Shown here: one piece after another, positions 25,868-38,419 of the stretch
Position numbering within the stretch: the stretch's first letter is position 1
Layout of the letters: every line of letters starts with the position of its first letter
Assembly (NCBI GenBank): GCA_038087875.1
Contig: CM075993.1
Location: forward strand, 7,442,001 to 7,506,000
DNA length: 64,000 nt
Reading direction: 5' to 3'
DNA from: Malacoraja senta
Taxonomy: Eukaryota
Program-made: the position numbers and the translations under genes
The notes under the pieces: generated by a model
Told to the model about the DNA's origin: nothing
Database searches by the model: none
The model's input: only the letters and a program-made list of their open reading frames with translations

Positions 25868-26068
25868 AGCCGTGAGTGAACTGCCAGCCCACCAGCCGTG
25901 AGTCAATCAACTGCCAGCCCACTAGCCGTGAGTGAGTGAACTGCCAGCCCACCAGCCCTGAGTGAGTGAACTGCCAGCCCACCAGCCCTGAGTGAGTGAA
26001 CTGCCAGCCCACCAGCCTGAGTGACTGAGCTGCCAGCCCACCAGGCCTGAGTGACTGAGCTGCCAGCC
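25868..26068. repeat. About 30-bp minisatellite, about 7 units
   Basis: AGCC(G/C)TGAGTGAGTGAACTGCCAGCCCACC units. Confidence 0.9.
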
Positions 26069-29000
26069 TAAGAATCCATTCAGCCCACAATGTCCATACT
26101 AGCCCTCTGGAAACCAGTCCCTACGGCCCACAACACCCATACGCACTCTAGAAAGCCCCTGCCCCCCCACTGGCCACCAATATTGGAATTGGTGGAGAGG
26201 TGGAATATTACATTGGGGGACCAGCCCTCCCGTGTGAACATGGGACCCAACGGGTCCCACTTAGTCTAGTTCTTAAATAAAGGCTCAACATTAACCACCC
26301 ACCAGCCCTCTGGTACATGACCCTGGGCTAAGATTGATGCAAATGTCTCAGGCAGGATTTCCAATATCTTTATCTTCCCACGATGTTCTTTAATACATCT
26401 GATCAGGTCCCATAGATTTATCTACTTTCATACGTTCTAAGATGCCCAAAGCCTCCTCGCTTGTAATGCACACTATCCCCAAGACATCCCCTTTAACTTC
26501 CCCGAGACCCTGGCCTTTATATCTTGCTCCAAGGGAAAAATAGAGCAGAATTATTCATTGAGGTCTTCACCTGCAGCTTCACATATAGATGTCAACTTTG
26601 GTCTCTGAGAGACCCAATCTTTCCCTGGTTACTGTTTTTCCCTTAATATATTAATAAAATCTGTTTGGATACTCCTTTATTATCTCTGATCAGATTACCT
26701 CAAGCCCCCTTTTGTCCCCCTCTCTGTTTCCTTCTGCTCCTCAATCCCTGTACTGCTCCAGGGATTTTGCTTGATCCCAGCCACTTGTCCCTAACCCATG
26801 CTCCCTCCTTTTTTCTGACTGGAGCCTCAATATCTCTTGTCCTCCAGAGTTCTCCAATCCTGCCAGCCTGGCCCTTCATGCTACAGGAACAGGCAGACCT
26901 TGAACTCTTACTAATCTGCAGGGTCTCGACCTGAAACGTCGCCTATTCCTTCACTCCATAAATGCTGCCTCACCCGCTGAGTTTCTCCAGCATTTTTATC
27001 CGCCTTTGAAAAAAGTCAGTCAAAGTATCCTTTATTGTCATTGAGACCTTTCAGTCTGAACAAAATTTCATGCTTTGCAGTCATAACATAGAATAAAATA
27101 ACAAAACACACAATGAACACAGATTTAACATCTTGCTATCTTGCTAAATGAGAGAACTCTTGCTATCTCACTTTTAAATGCCTCCCTTTGCCCACAAACA
27201 ACCTATTCCAATCAAGTGATATAAAGGTCACTAAAAAAGTGGTCAATATTTATTGATTTTTAATGTTCTATTTTATCCAGCCATTCCCATAGACCTCTGT
27301 AGACCACCAATCGAACTGGTTCTTACTATGGAATTAGTTTTCACAGCATAGCTTGAAAGCACTCTTAAAATTAGCAGCTACAATAACATCACAAAGGTGC
27401 CCTGCTGTTCATATCTGCTTTGCCTTTTTAAATGCAGGCTGCGTCAATCTTGGAGCACTTCAAAGATTTCAAATGCGTTCAAGCGGAAGAAGGATTCTGC
27501 AGCAAAGGTAAAGTGCTCGTGGAACTCCGAGGATCTGTGGAGGGAATGTGCATGGAGGAACTGCGGATGCTGGTTTAAACCGAAGATAGACACGAGAAGC
27601 TGGAGTAACTCAGTGGGTCAGACAACATCCCTGGAGAAAAGGGATGGGTGACGGGACCTGAAACATCGCCTATTCCTTTTCTTCAGAGATGCTGTCTGAC
27701 CCGCTGAGTTACTCCAGCTTTTTTCGTTGTCTATCTTTGGATCTGTGGAGGGAATGGACAGGCGACGTTTCATGTTGAGGCCCATCTTCAGACCGACCCA
27801 GCATTCAGGTTTATTGGACAATGCACTAACACACATCCTCACAGTTAGCACTTGCTGATGGCCACAGTCATTGGCGACAGCATTTGATTCATCGCTTGTG
27901 TCAATGAATAAAAAATGAGAGGGCGAATAGAATAAAATTCAAGATATAAATAGACATAACACATTATATGCCAGTCCTGTCATATCAGCAAACACCCCAT
28001 ATAATGAATGACATGCCATTTAACTGCAATGCAACCACGTATGTGTGATTAACATTTACAGCTCAACACACCCCCACAGCCCACACAACATTGCATCCGC
28101 TACCACATGACAATCAGCAGGACACAACAGGGCCTCCTACACATTCGGACACCACAGGGAGTTGATCAATGAGGAAGATGATTTTGTTTTCAAATCCATT
28201 TCCTGGATCTGGGAGTCACCAACTTGGTTTGCATTTATTGCATATCCTACGGCCCTTGAGCTTGCCAGGGCGTTTTTTAGGGTATTCATGTCAACCTCAG
28301 TGGTGGGTCTGAATGAAGAAGGAACTGCAGATGTCGGTTAACAAAACAAAAAGGATACAAAGTGCTGGAGTAACTCAGCAGGTCAGACAGCAACTCTGGA
28401 GAACATGGATGGGTGACGTTTCAGGTTGGGACCCTTCTTCAGACTGCTTGTGGTAGTGGGGGGAGGGGGCGGGGACAGGGACACAGAAAGCTGCGAGAGA
28501 GGTGGGGGCAGCACAAAGCCTGGCAAGTGGTAGCTGGATAAAGGGGAGGTTCGATAACATGTAGGAAGAAGGAAAAATAAGATTGATGCAAATGGGAGTT
28601 TACTGGTCAGCATGGACACTGTGGGCTGAAGGGCCTGTTTCCATGCTGTATCTCTCCAGGACACTAAGAACATGCCAAAGTCCTGCAACAGAGATCAGTT
28701 TTACAAATCTCAGGATTCTGCAGCCCAAACTTTAAACTTTCCCCATTGTTAACCATGTCTTTTGTTGTCGCTGTGTTCGGGTTTCAAAGCTGGGGGAGGT
28801 GAGCAGACAGCGATTCAGCGAAGGAGGTTGACATTGAAAAGTAAAGGAACAATTTAGTTGAAAGTGGAGCACAATGAAAAGGAAACATAGGAACCGTTTA
28901 TGTTGCATTTAAGGAAGAACTGCTGATGCTGGAAAATTCGAAGGCAGACGCAGAAAATGCTGGAGAAACTCAGCGGGTGAGGCAGCATCTATGGAGAGAA

Positions 29001-30367
29001 GGAATAGGCGACGTTTCGGGTCGAGACTTCCCTCTGGAAGGCGACTCCGGACTGTCAAAACTGCCACAGCCAGACATAAACAGCTTTTTTCCACGAGTAG
29101 TAGCTCTACTCAATAAACAAAAATCTGTAGCCTTTTGCTCTGGTATTTTATTTAATTCACATGTTTAATCGATAATGTTTTATTATTAATATTTAATGTT
29201 TTATGTCAATCCAACCTGTCACTGTATGTCATGTTGTCACTTGTGGGCAGAGCACCAAGGCAAATTCCTTGTATGTGAATACTTGGCCAATAAACTTATA
29301 CATTAGATGCTGCCTCACCCGCTGAGTTTCTCCAGCATTTTTTGTGTCTACCAACCGTCTATGTTGTGTTCTTTCAGTCTTTTATTTCTCTGGATCTCTC
29401 TTCATCAACCCTCCCTTTGATTGTCCCCTCAGGCCTCTGCAGACAATGTTACTCTCCCATCGTAAGATCCACGCCTCCCTTCATCCAGCACCCAGTTCAG
29501 ATGCAGCCATCTTGTCATTTCCCCACACCAAATCCTCCCTGCCGTCTGCTTCCAAAACCCAAACACTGCTAATATAGACACAAAATGCTGGAGCAACTCA
29601 GCAGGTCAGGCAGCCCCTGTGGAGAAAATAAATAGGTAACATTTTGGGCCGAGAACCTTCTTCCGACACAAAATGTCACCTAGTCCTTTTCTCCAGAGAT
29701 GCTCCAGGACCCGCTGAGTTACTCCAGCATTTTGTGTGCATCTTGGGTGGCAACCAGCATCTGCAGTTCCTTCCTACACATATACTGCTGAGTCCCTTGC
29801 CCACAACCTGTTTCTCTGTTTTAACATTGGAGATTGGCGATAGATTGGAAGGAGGGCAGAGTTGCAGACAACTCTGGGTCCTTCATCTATGCCAGATGAA
29901 GGACCCTGCTCTGAAATGTCGACCCTCCATCGTCCTCCACAGATGCCGCTAAACCCACTAAGTTCCTCCAGCATGTTCGTTATTGCTCCAAATGCTGGCA
30001 TCCATGTCTCGTGTCTCACATAACCATCCAGGCAGCATCCTCTCTTTGTTCACAAATAGCTTGGATAAACAATCTAACCAGGTTAGCTCCATCTCTTCCC
30101 ACCCCCTCCACAGTTGCTACATCACAGCGCCAGGTTTGATCCTGACGACGGGTGCTGTCAGTACTGAGTTTGGACCTTCTCCCCCCGCTTGGGTTTTCAC
30201 CGGTAACTCCGGAAAGTAGGACCAAAGACAGGTCTCTGCCGGGGCAAGGCAGCAATTCTACCGCGGTGCCACTAATATTTAAGCATCCGCCAGAACTGGG
30301 ATGCACATTTCCTGCTTTATTTTTCCCTCCCAAAACGTACCAGATCAACATACTTACCTGAGAGGCT

Positions 30368-30740
30368 GTCAATAGACAATAGACAATAGGTGCAGGAGTA
30401 GGCCATTTGGCCCTTTGAGCCAGCACCGCCATTCAATGTGATCATGGCTGATCATCCACAATCAGTACCCCATTCCTGCCTTCTCCCCATATCCCCTGAC
30501 TCCGCTATTTTTAAGAGCCCTATCTAGCTCTTTCTTGAAAGCATCCAGAGAACCTGCCTTCACCGCCCTCTGAGGCAGAGAATTCCACAGACTCACAACT
30601 CTCTGTGAGGAAAAAGTGTTTCCTCGTCTCCGTTCTAAATGGCTTACCCCTTATTCTTAAGCTGCGGCCCCTGGTTCTGGACTCCCCCAACATCGGGAAC
30701 ATGTTTCCTGCCTCTAGTGTGTCCAAGCCCTTAACAATCA
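30368..30740 (-). mobile_element. CR1 LINE 3' fragment
   Basis: KGLDTLEAGNMFPMLGESRTRG.SLRI; (CTATTGT)n tail. Confidence 0.85.
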
Positions 30741-32348
30741 ACCCCTTAACAGTCACTGCCTATGTTTAACAGCACATCTAGGATGATGGCACCTGCGATA
30801 GTGTGCACCTGCTCTGAACTAGACCGACAGTCAAGACACTGAAGACAGATTTAAAGCCCAGCTTTCCCATGCAGAAGTGTCCCCACAGCGTCACATCATG
30901 ATGTTAATGGCCAGCGTTTGGTTGCACACCACACACTTTCATTTGATATTCATTGTTTCCTACTGTCAAATAACCTCTTCAAATTATACCTTGCATAGCT
31001 AAATGTAAAAACTGCACAAAAACCTTCAGGCAAGATGCACATGAAGCACTTGGAAAGCCCAAGACTACAGCTCCAAAACATGTTTGTCCTCACGACAGGA
31101 GCAAAGCCAAAGGGTAGAAAATATTCTAAAAGGGAGCTGGCATTTAACAGCAAAATAACAACACGACAGCTGGTTTGAATCTTGATCCAAGCATTCAATT
31201 ATTTATGGCTTTTAAAAACTAGGTGTGTCACTTAATTACTACTCAGGGCCCAAATCTTCTTCTCCCTTCAGCAACCGAGTATACAGTAGCTATTAGAAAC
31301 GGGAGTCAATAAAACTCCACCTGTTCACGAAGCCTTATTACGGATCTAAGTGAGGTCATAATGTTTGCTTAGTGTTACACAGAATGCACAGCATAGAAAC
31401 AGGCCAATCAATCGTGTGACCACGGCTAGTGTTTGTGTTTCACCGAGGAACACACCAACCCTCCTGCACCGAAACCATTCATCAACCTCCTTCACGCATT
31501 TGTCAAGCTTCCCTTTAGTAACAGATCCAGGGTTCGATCCTGACCTCGGGTGCTGGCAGCTTTAATAGGAATCAGAGGGGTAACATTTTCACACAGAGGG
31601 TGAAGGGGGTAGGGAACAAGCTGCCAGAGGAGGTAGTTGAGGCAGGGACTATCCCAACGTTTAAGAAACAGACAGGTACATGGATAGGACATTTGGAGGG
31701 AAATGGGCCAAACGCGGGCAGGCGGGAGCAGTGTAGCTGGGACATGTTGGCCGTTGTGGGCAAGTTGGGCTGAAGGGCCTGTTTCCATTCTGTATCGCTC
31801 TGACTTTGTGAGTGGCGTTTGTATGTTCTCTCTGTGACCGTGTGGATTTCCTCCAAGTGCTCCAGTTTCCTCCCACATCCCAAAGACGTGCGGGTTTGTA
31901 GGTTAATTGGCTTCTGTAAATTTCCCCCTGGTGTGCGGTGAGTGAATGTGAAAGTGGAAATAACATAGAACTCGTGTGAACGGGTGTTCGATGGTTCACG
32001 TGGTCTCAGTGGGCCGAAGGACCCGTTTCCATATCATCTCTCTAAATTAAACTAAAATGCATCTGCTTTTTCCATTCATAAGATACGAGTTATGAGCAGG
32101 GTCAGAATTTATTGCCCAATAACTTCAATTTATAAAGTGGCTTTTACAGCAAAACATCACAATTCTTCATGAGTGAGTTATTCACAGTCAGCGGCAAAAG
32201 CCTTCAACTCCATTTGACTCCATTTATACCTCAGGCAGCCTCGGCAAGGCCAGCAGCATAATCAAGGACGAGTTGCACCCTGGCCTCTCCATCTTCTCCC
32301 CTCTTCCATCAGGCAAAAGGTATAGAAGTGTGAAAACGCATACCATAA

Positions 32349-32677
32349 AAGCCCTGTCCCACGGTACGAATTCATTCCAAGAGCTCTCCCGGGTTTAAAA
32401 AAATAAAACTCATGGTAAGCACGGAAAATGAACGTAACGGGTACGTCGGAGCTCGGGGACGTTTCTTAGCGGCTCGTAACGCTAATGGCAGGTACTCAGG
32501 AAGACTTGCTAACGGCAGGTAAGCACGGGAAGACTCGTGAAGATTTTTCAACATGTTGAAAAATGTCCACGAGAGCCCCGAGTACCGACGAGTGGCCATT
32601 ACCATAAATCTCCGAGTTCGAATCAGGGCAAACTCGGGAGAACTCTTGGAATGAACTCGTACCGTGGGACAGGGCTA
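32349..32677. mobile_element. PIF/Harbinger-like MITE inside a Rex-like 3' end
   Basis: Near-identical to 4616-4945; TAA/TTA flanks. Confidence 0.85.
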
Positions 32678-34242
32678 TTAGATTCAGGGACAGTTTCTTC
32701 CCAGTTGTTATCAGGCAAATGAATCATGCTACCACAACCAGAGAGCTGTGCTGAACTACTATCTACCTCTTTGGTGACCCTTGGACTATCTTTGATCAGA
32801 CTTTGCTGGCTGTACCTGGCACTAAACGTTATTCCCTTATCATGTATCTATACACGGTAAATGGCTCGATTGTAATCATGTATTGTCTTTCTGCTGACTG
32901 GTTAGCAAGCAACAAAAGCTTTCCACTGTACCTCAGTACACGTGACAAACTAAACTGAGCATTACGACGGACACGATATGGAAATGCTTTGACACTGAAG
33001 CAGCATCACAGAGGCTGCACGGTCACAGGTGGAAATAGCCAGCTTTTGCTTTGTTAATGGGGAAGTCTGGGAGGGGAGACGAGTGTACAGAGGGGAAATA
33101 ACTGGGAGAGATGGTGGGAGAAATTAGTGTGCACCAGGGTGGGGTTGGAGTGCATGACTAAAAGGATCATTCAATGATAGGTTTTAGTGTTTGCAGTATC
33201 AGTCGTGGGCGACTGCTGTACTTCCTCCTCTGAATCAAAAAGTTACGGGCTCAATCCACTGCTTAGATTATTCTTTCTTTCTCGGGTAGGGTAGCATAAT
33301 GGCTAATTTAACGGACCATTAATGCGGAAACACAAGTACAAATCCCACCGCAAGAGCTTGGAATGCAAATTCAAGTCATTAAAATAAACCGAGAATTTAA
33401 AGCTACCCGGTTGTTGTAAAATCCATCCTGGTCTCGACCTTGTGCAACTCCAGATCTATTAGTGGGCGGCACAGTGTTGCTGCCTTGCAGCGCCAGAGAC
33501 CCGGGTTCGATGCTGACTACGGGTGCTGTCCGTGTGGAGTTTGTACGTTCTCCCTGTGACCTATGTGGGTTTTCTCCGGTTTCCTCCCACCGTCCAAAGA
33601 CATACAGATTTGTAAGTTAATTGGCTTTGCATATCTTGTAAACTGTCCCCCGTGTGTGCAGGATAGTGTTAAGTGTACGGGGATCGCTGGTCGGTATGAA
33701 ACTGGTGGGCCGAATGGCCTGTTTCCGCGCTGTATCTACAATGATACAATTTATTTGTTGTCATTTGAACCTAAGTTCAACGAAATTTGGTTTCTGCAGT
33801 CATACAAACAAGTAAAAAGAACCAAGACACAACACAATTTACACAAACATCCATCACAGTGAATCTCCTCCTCACTGTGATGGAAGGCAAAGTCTTGTCT
33901 CTCCCCTGTATCTGTAACATAAACTAAAGAAAATATGAGGGCCACAAAATTATATCCATAGGAAATATTCCCTTTCAACAAGTGCTTGAAAGAGGCTGTC
34001 CAAACTGGTTGTATTAAACAGATAATACTGTTAAGTTATCACGCAATCACAAATGGCAACAAAACTGTCCAGTATATTGTTCATGTAAATACTATCTTTT
34101 ATAAGACCATTGGCCATAAGACATAGGAGCAGAATTTAGGCCATTCAGCAAATCGGGGCTGCTCCTCCATTTGTACATGAAACACTCGATTCATTTGAAA
34201 CGAAGTAACTGAAAATACGTAGATATTCAGTATGGTTCTTAC

Positions 34243-34435
34243 CTAATCGAAGTTCTCCAAAATTGCCACATCCAATCTTCTTACCGACCCTAAAATTCGG
34301 TCCAACCATAAGAACCCCCGACTGGTTGGAGCCGGGGCGAGTGCCATACGGACTGCGTCCAGACTGCTTGCTCGGTCGCCGACTATCATCAACTTTCTCC
34401 TTCTCTCGCTCTCTGCTTGTCCGACCAGATTCCAT
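34243..34435 (-). CDS. CSNK1G1: Casein kinase I gamma, first coding exon (N-terminus, Gly-rich loop); paralog assignment tentative
   Basis: Translates [14 protein letters not shown]...[27 protein letters not shown], the CK1-gamma signature. ATG lies in a strong Kozak context (GCCATGG). Phase-1 donor TAG|GTAAG at 34243/34242. Family is clear; G1 is preferred over G2/G3 only from N-terminal resemblance (SRE.., TRP). Confidence 0.93.
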
Positions 34436-34661
34436 GGCAGCAGCTCGGTGACGGCTGAACGGTGGAAGTCCAGAGCAGTTGTGTTAAAGCTGCCAATGTG
34501 GTGGGCAATGCTGAGTCCTTTAGTGCGGGTAAAAGCAGTCATTGAACAGCATGGCTGTCTTCACATCCCATAGCCATCCATCCCCTTATTGCCAGAAAAC
34601 AAATTAAGTCCTTCCGTCTTCATGGATGCTTCTCATTCACATTGGCGATGTGGAAACAAGC
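34436..34661 (-). promoter_or_regulatory. 5' UTR part of the CSNK1G first coding exon, with multiple uORFs
   Basis: Acceptor TTTGCTCTTGATTTTCAG|G at 34662/34661. Non-repetitive sequence with nine ATGs upstream of the main start. Confidence 0.75.
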
Positions 34662-34715
34662 CTGAAAATCAAGAGCAAATTCATTCAATTAAATATACTT
34701 TATTCAACTGCACTT

Positions 34716-35345
34716 ATAGAAACATAAAAACATAGAAAATAGGTGCAGGAGGAGGCCATTCGGCCCTTCGAGCCAGCACCGCCATTCATTGAGATCATGG
34801 CTGATCGTCCCCTATAAATAACCCGTGCCTGCCTTCTCCCCATATCCCTTGACTCCACTAGCCCCTAGAGCTCTATCTAACTCTCTCTTAAATCCATCCA
34901 GTGACTTGGCCTCCACTGCCCTCTGTGGCAGGGAATTCCATAAATTCACAACTCTGGGTGAAAAAGTTTTTTCTCACCTCAGTCTTAAATGACCTCCCCT
35001 TTAATATAAGACTGTGGCCCCTGGTTCTGGACTCGCCCAACATTGGGAACATTTTTCCTGCATCGAGCTTGTCCAGTCCTTTTATAATTTTATATGTTTC
35101 TATAAGATCCCCCCCCTCATCTTTCTAAACTCCAGTGAATACAAGCCTAGTCTTTTCAATCTTTCCTCATATGACAGTCCCGCCATCCCAGGGATCAATC
35201 TCGTGAACCTACGCAGCACTGCCTCAATCACAAGGATGTCCTTCCTCAAATTAGGAGACCAAAACTGTACAAGTACTCCAGATGTGGTCTCACCAGATCC
35301 CTATACAACTGCAGAAGAACCTCTTTACTCCTATACTGAAATCTT
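34716..35345 (-). mobile_element. CR1 LINE 3' fragment just upstream of the CSNK1G exon acceptor
   Basis: CR1 ORF2 end plus 3' UTR and (CTATGTTT)n tail. Confidence 0.85.
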
Positions 35346-35603
35346 ATAAATCAAAACATTTATAGCATTTTATTGGACAATTCACCTTGATAGAACAATA
35401 TTTGCGGATTTCTTGTCCATCCAGACCTATTATTATTATTTAGTCACGTATCAATTTTCAGTGAACAAGTAACCAAAAGCATCATGGCGGGCCAGGCCAA
35501 TCCGACATTGTCAATATTCCCGCATGCACCCAGAGCCTCCATGACACCAGGCCTCAAAGTTATAAAAGAGAGGAAATACGAAATTCAGATGTCCTTAGGC
35601 CAA

Positions 35604-35963
35604 GAGGGTTGGACAGGCTAGATACAGGAAGATTGTTCCCGATGTTGGGGAAGTCCAGAACAAGGGGTCACAGTTTAAGGATAAGGGGGAAGTCTTTTAG
35701 GACCGAGATGAGAAAAACATTTTTCACACAGAGAGTGGTGAATCTGTGGAATTCTCTGCCACAGAAGGTAGTTGAGGCCAGTTCATTGGCTATATTTAAG
35801 AGGGAGTTAGATGTGGCCCTTGTGGCTAAAGGGATCAGGGGGTATGGAGAGAAGGCAGGTACGGGATACTGAGTTGGATGATCAGCCATGATCATATTGA
35901 ATGGCGGTGCAGGCTCGAAGGGCCAAATGGCCTACTCCTGCACCTATTTTCTATGTTTCTATG
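35604..35963 (+). mobile_element. CR1 LINE 3' fragment
   Basis: LDRLDTGRLFPMLGKSRTRGHSLRI...GYGEKAGTGY; CTATGTTT tail. Confidence 0.9.
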
Positions 35964-37505
35964 TTAAGAGCAGACTTTGTATCTGCAGACAAATTGTACA
36001 GGTAGGAACTGCAGATGCTGGAGTAACTCAGCGGGTCAGGCAGCATCTCTGGAGAAAAGGAATAGGTAACATTTCGGGTCAAGACCCTTCTTCGGACTGA
36101 GAGTCGAGGTAGAGGCAAACTAGAGGCACAAAGAACAAATGAAAGGTATGAAAAGAACAAATCAAAGCCAGCAACAATGATCCAGAAAAAGTGGAGCCCA
36201 CAATGGTCCATTGTTGACCGTGGAAAAGGTGATACAAAGGAGTAGATACAAACAGTGAAACTAAGCAGGAAGACAGTGAAACTGGTGTGATGGCATATTC
36301 ATACCGCTGGGTTGTAAGCTGCCCAACCCAAACATGAGGCGTTGTTCCTCCAATTTGCATTTGGCCTCACTCTCACAGCGGAGGTTGCCCAGGACAGAAA
36401 GGTCAATATGGGACTGGGGAAGGGTTCAATATCTGCGGAGACTTGAGAGATGCAAGATGGCGCCGCAGTGTGGCGACTCTTTGCATGTTGTCCCAGAAGA
36501 CAATCTGCTACGATCCACAACAATCATTCCACTCATTCACTTGTGTATGATTGTACTCATGGTATGACTTGAATGGATAGCACTCCAAGCAAAGTTTTCA
36601 GTGTGAACGACTCGACTGTAATCATGTATAGTCTTTTCGCTAACTGGCGAGCACTCAACAAAAGCTTTTCACATACCTCGGCCAACATGACAATAAACTA
36701 AATTTAACTTGGTACACGTGACAAGAACAATAGACTAAACTAAGCCTTAAAGCTTCAATAGGGGCACTGCTCAGAGCTGAAGATTTAACATCTACATTGC
36801 ACCAGGAAGTATTTAGTGGGTTCAATGAAAGTAAATCAATAAGGAAGAACACAAACATCTTGGCCTCTCTTTGCACGAAAGGAAAAGACCAGGAATGACA
36901 TGATAACACCTTTAAAAACGACTCTTAAAAAGCCTAATGGAAATCTGAAAAAAAAACTTACATTAGGATGTTTAAAAGATGATTTGTTTTGCCACAGTAT
37001 GATCAACATGAATTGATCTCAGGGACCCTGGAAAAAACACAAAGGAGAAAGGATTATGGTTAGATGAGGAAGGATAAAATACCATAGAATCAATGCAGGG
37101 GTTCCGCAAGGTATAGATTACACTTCGTGAGTTGGAGATTAGAACATTCTGCATTAGTTCAGAGAGGATCAGTAGAAATCAAGCATAGATTGATTGCCCG
37201 TTCATCCCATGCTGCCAAAAAAAATGGAGAGGCAAGGAACTGCAGATGTTGTTGTATGAAAAGACACAAAGTGCTGGAGTAACTCAGCGGATCAAGCAGC
37301 ATCTCTGGAGAACATGGATGGGTGATGTTGTGGGTCAGGGCCCTTATTTGGACTAATGGGGGGGGGGGGGGGGGTTGTAAGAAAAAACTGGAAGAGAGGG
37401 GCACAGGATAAAGCCTGGCAGGTTGATACAGGTGAGGAGGGTTTCTTTGATAGGCAGATAGTTGGACAAAGGCCAGCGACAAACAAAAACAAAAGGAGCA
37501 AGTTA

Positions 37506-37806
37506 AGCCCCTGTCCCACTTTCCCGAGTTACTCACGAATTCTCCCGAGTTTTCCCCTTGATTCAAACTCGGGGAATGTCCGTAGCGAGTCCGTAGATAT
37601 TTCGTAGCGGCTCGTAATGCCAGCCGTAGGTACTCGGGGCATCAGGTAAGTCGGGATGTTTTTTTCAGCATGTTGAAAAATGTCCACGAGTTTAAAAAAA
37701 TAGCCCCGAGTACCTACGGCTGGCTATTACCGTAATTCTCCGAGTTTGAATCAAGGGGAAAACTCGGGAGAATTCGTGAGTATCTCGGGAAAGTGGGACA
37801 GGGGCT
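37506..37806. mobile_element. PIF/Harbinger-like MITE inside a Penelope-derived repeat
   Basis: Long TIRs AGCCCCTGTCCCACTTTCCCGAG...; TTA TSD. A fragment of the same family lies at about 11087-11345. Confidence 0.85.
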
Positions 37807-38419
37807 TTAAAAGGAATGAACAAATGTGAATTGTGAAGCCTGAGGAAGGAATGTAGGCGGTGGGGAAGGAGTGCATGGGGAGAGAGAACAACAACCCATC
37901 TTTCACGGGTATCTTAAAATGCAATGGGATGAACATTTTAAGATAACTACCCTCCCCCTCCTTCCCCCATATACCACCCCCTCGTCCCCGAGGTCCCGCC
38001 TGAACTTGCAGCCATTTCTCTCTTCCCCATCCACCTACATTCTTTCCACTAGCTTCACAATTCGCAACGCGATCATTTTATTTCACATCTTCTGTCTTTT
38101 CATCTCTGGTCTTTGTCCAACCATCTGCTATTCAAAAAAAAAATGTCCTCACCTGAATCAACCGATTACCTGCCAGGCTTTGTCCTGTCCCTCCTCTCAT
38201 CCAGCTTTCACACCCATCCCCCAATCTACATTTTGTGTCGGGAACCTTCATTACCTATCCACATTCTCCAGAGATGCTGCCTGTCCCGCTGAGTTACTCC
38301 AGCATTTAACGTATATATGTTGAGCTTCACCCTCACAGAAAATGGACAACGTGAGCGAGACTAAACACATAACATTTGCCGGGCATCTCGTAGTCGCCAC
38401 TCCCTATTAATGTCATCGG

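Larger units (their letters stand above)
25436..26269 (+). mobile_element. Non-autonomous Helitron carrying two minisatellite arrays
   Basis: 5' TC start after host A; 3' hairpin TGGGACCC-AAC-GGGTCCCA (26241-26259), then CTAG and host T; no TSD. Confidence 0.85.
24245..26900 (-). mobile_element. Old, degraded CR1 LINE interrupted by younger elements
   Basis: Fragments such as LYKTLVKLHLEY.VSFW and FADD-region remnants in broken frames. Confidence 0.6.

Noticed and set aside
25508..26090. Repetitive ORFs (LVGWQFTHSG repeats) and CRISPR-like periodicity
   Set aside because: Translations of Helitron minisatellites; no unique spacers, no cas genes, eukaryotic DNA.
34145..34242. Continuation of the CK1-gamma ORF ([11 protein letters not shown]...)
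   Set aside because: Lies past the GT donor; similarity to CK1 ends, so this is intron read-through.
1..34242. Next CSNK1G coding exon (expected KNLYTNEYVAIKL-like)
   Set aside because: Not found by eye on the minus strand; probably outside the window, though a short exon could be missed.
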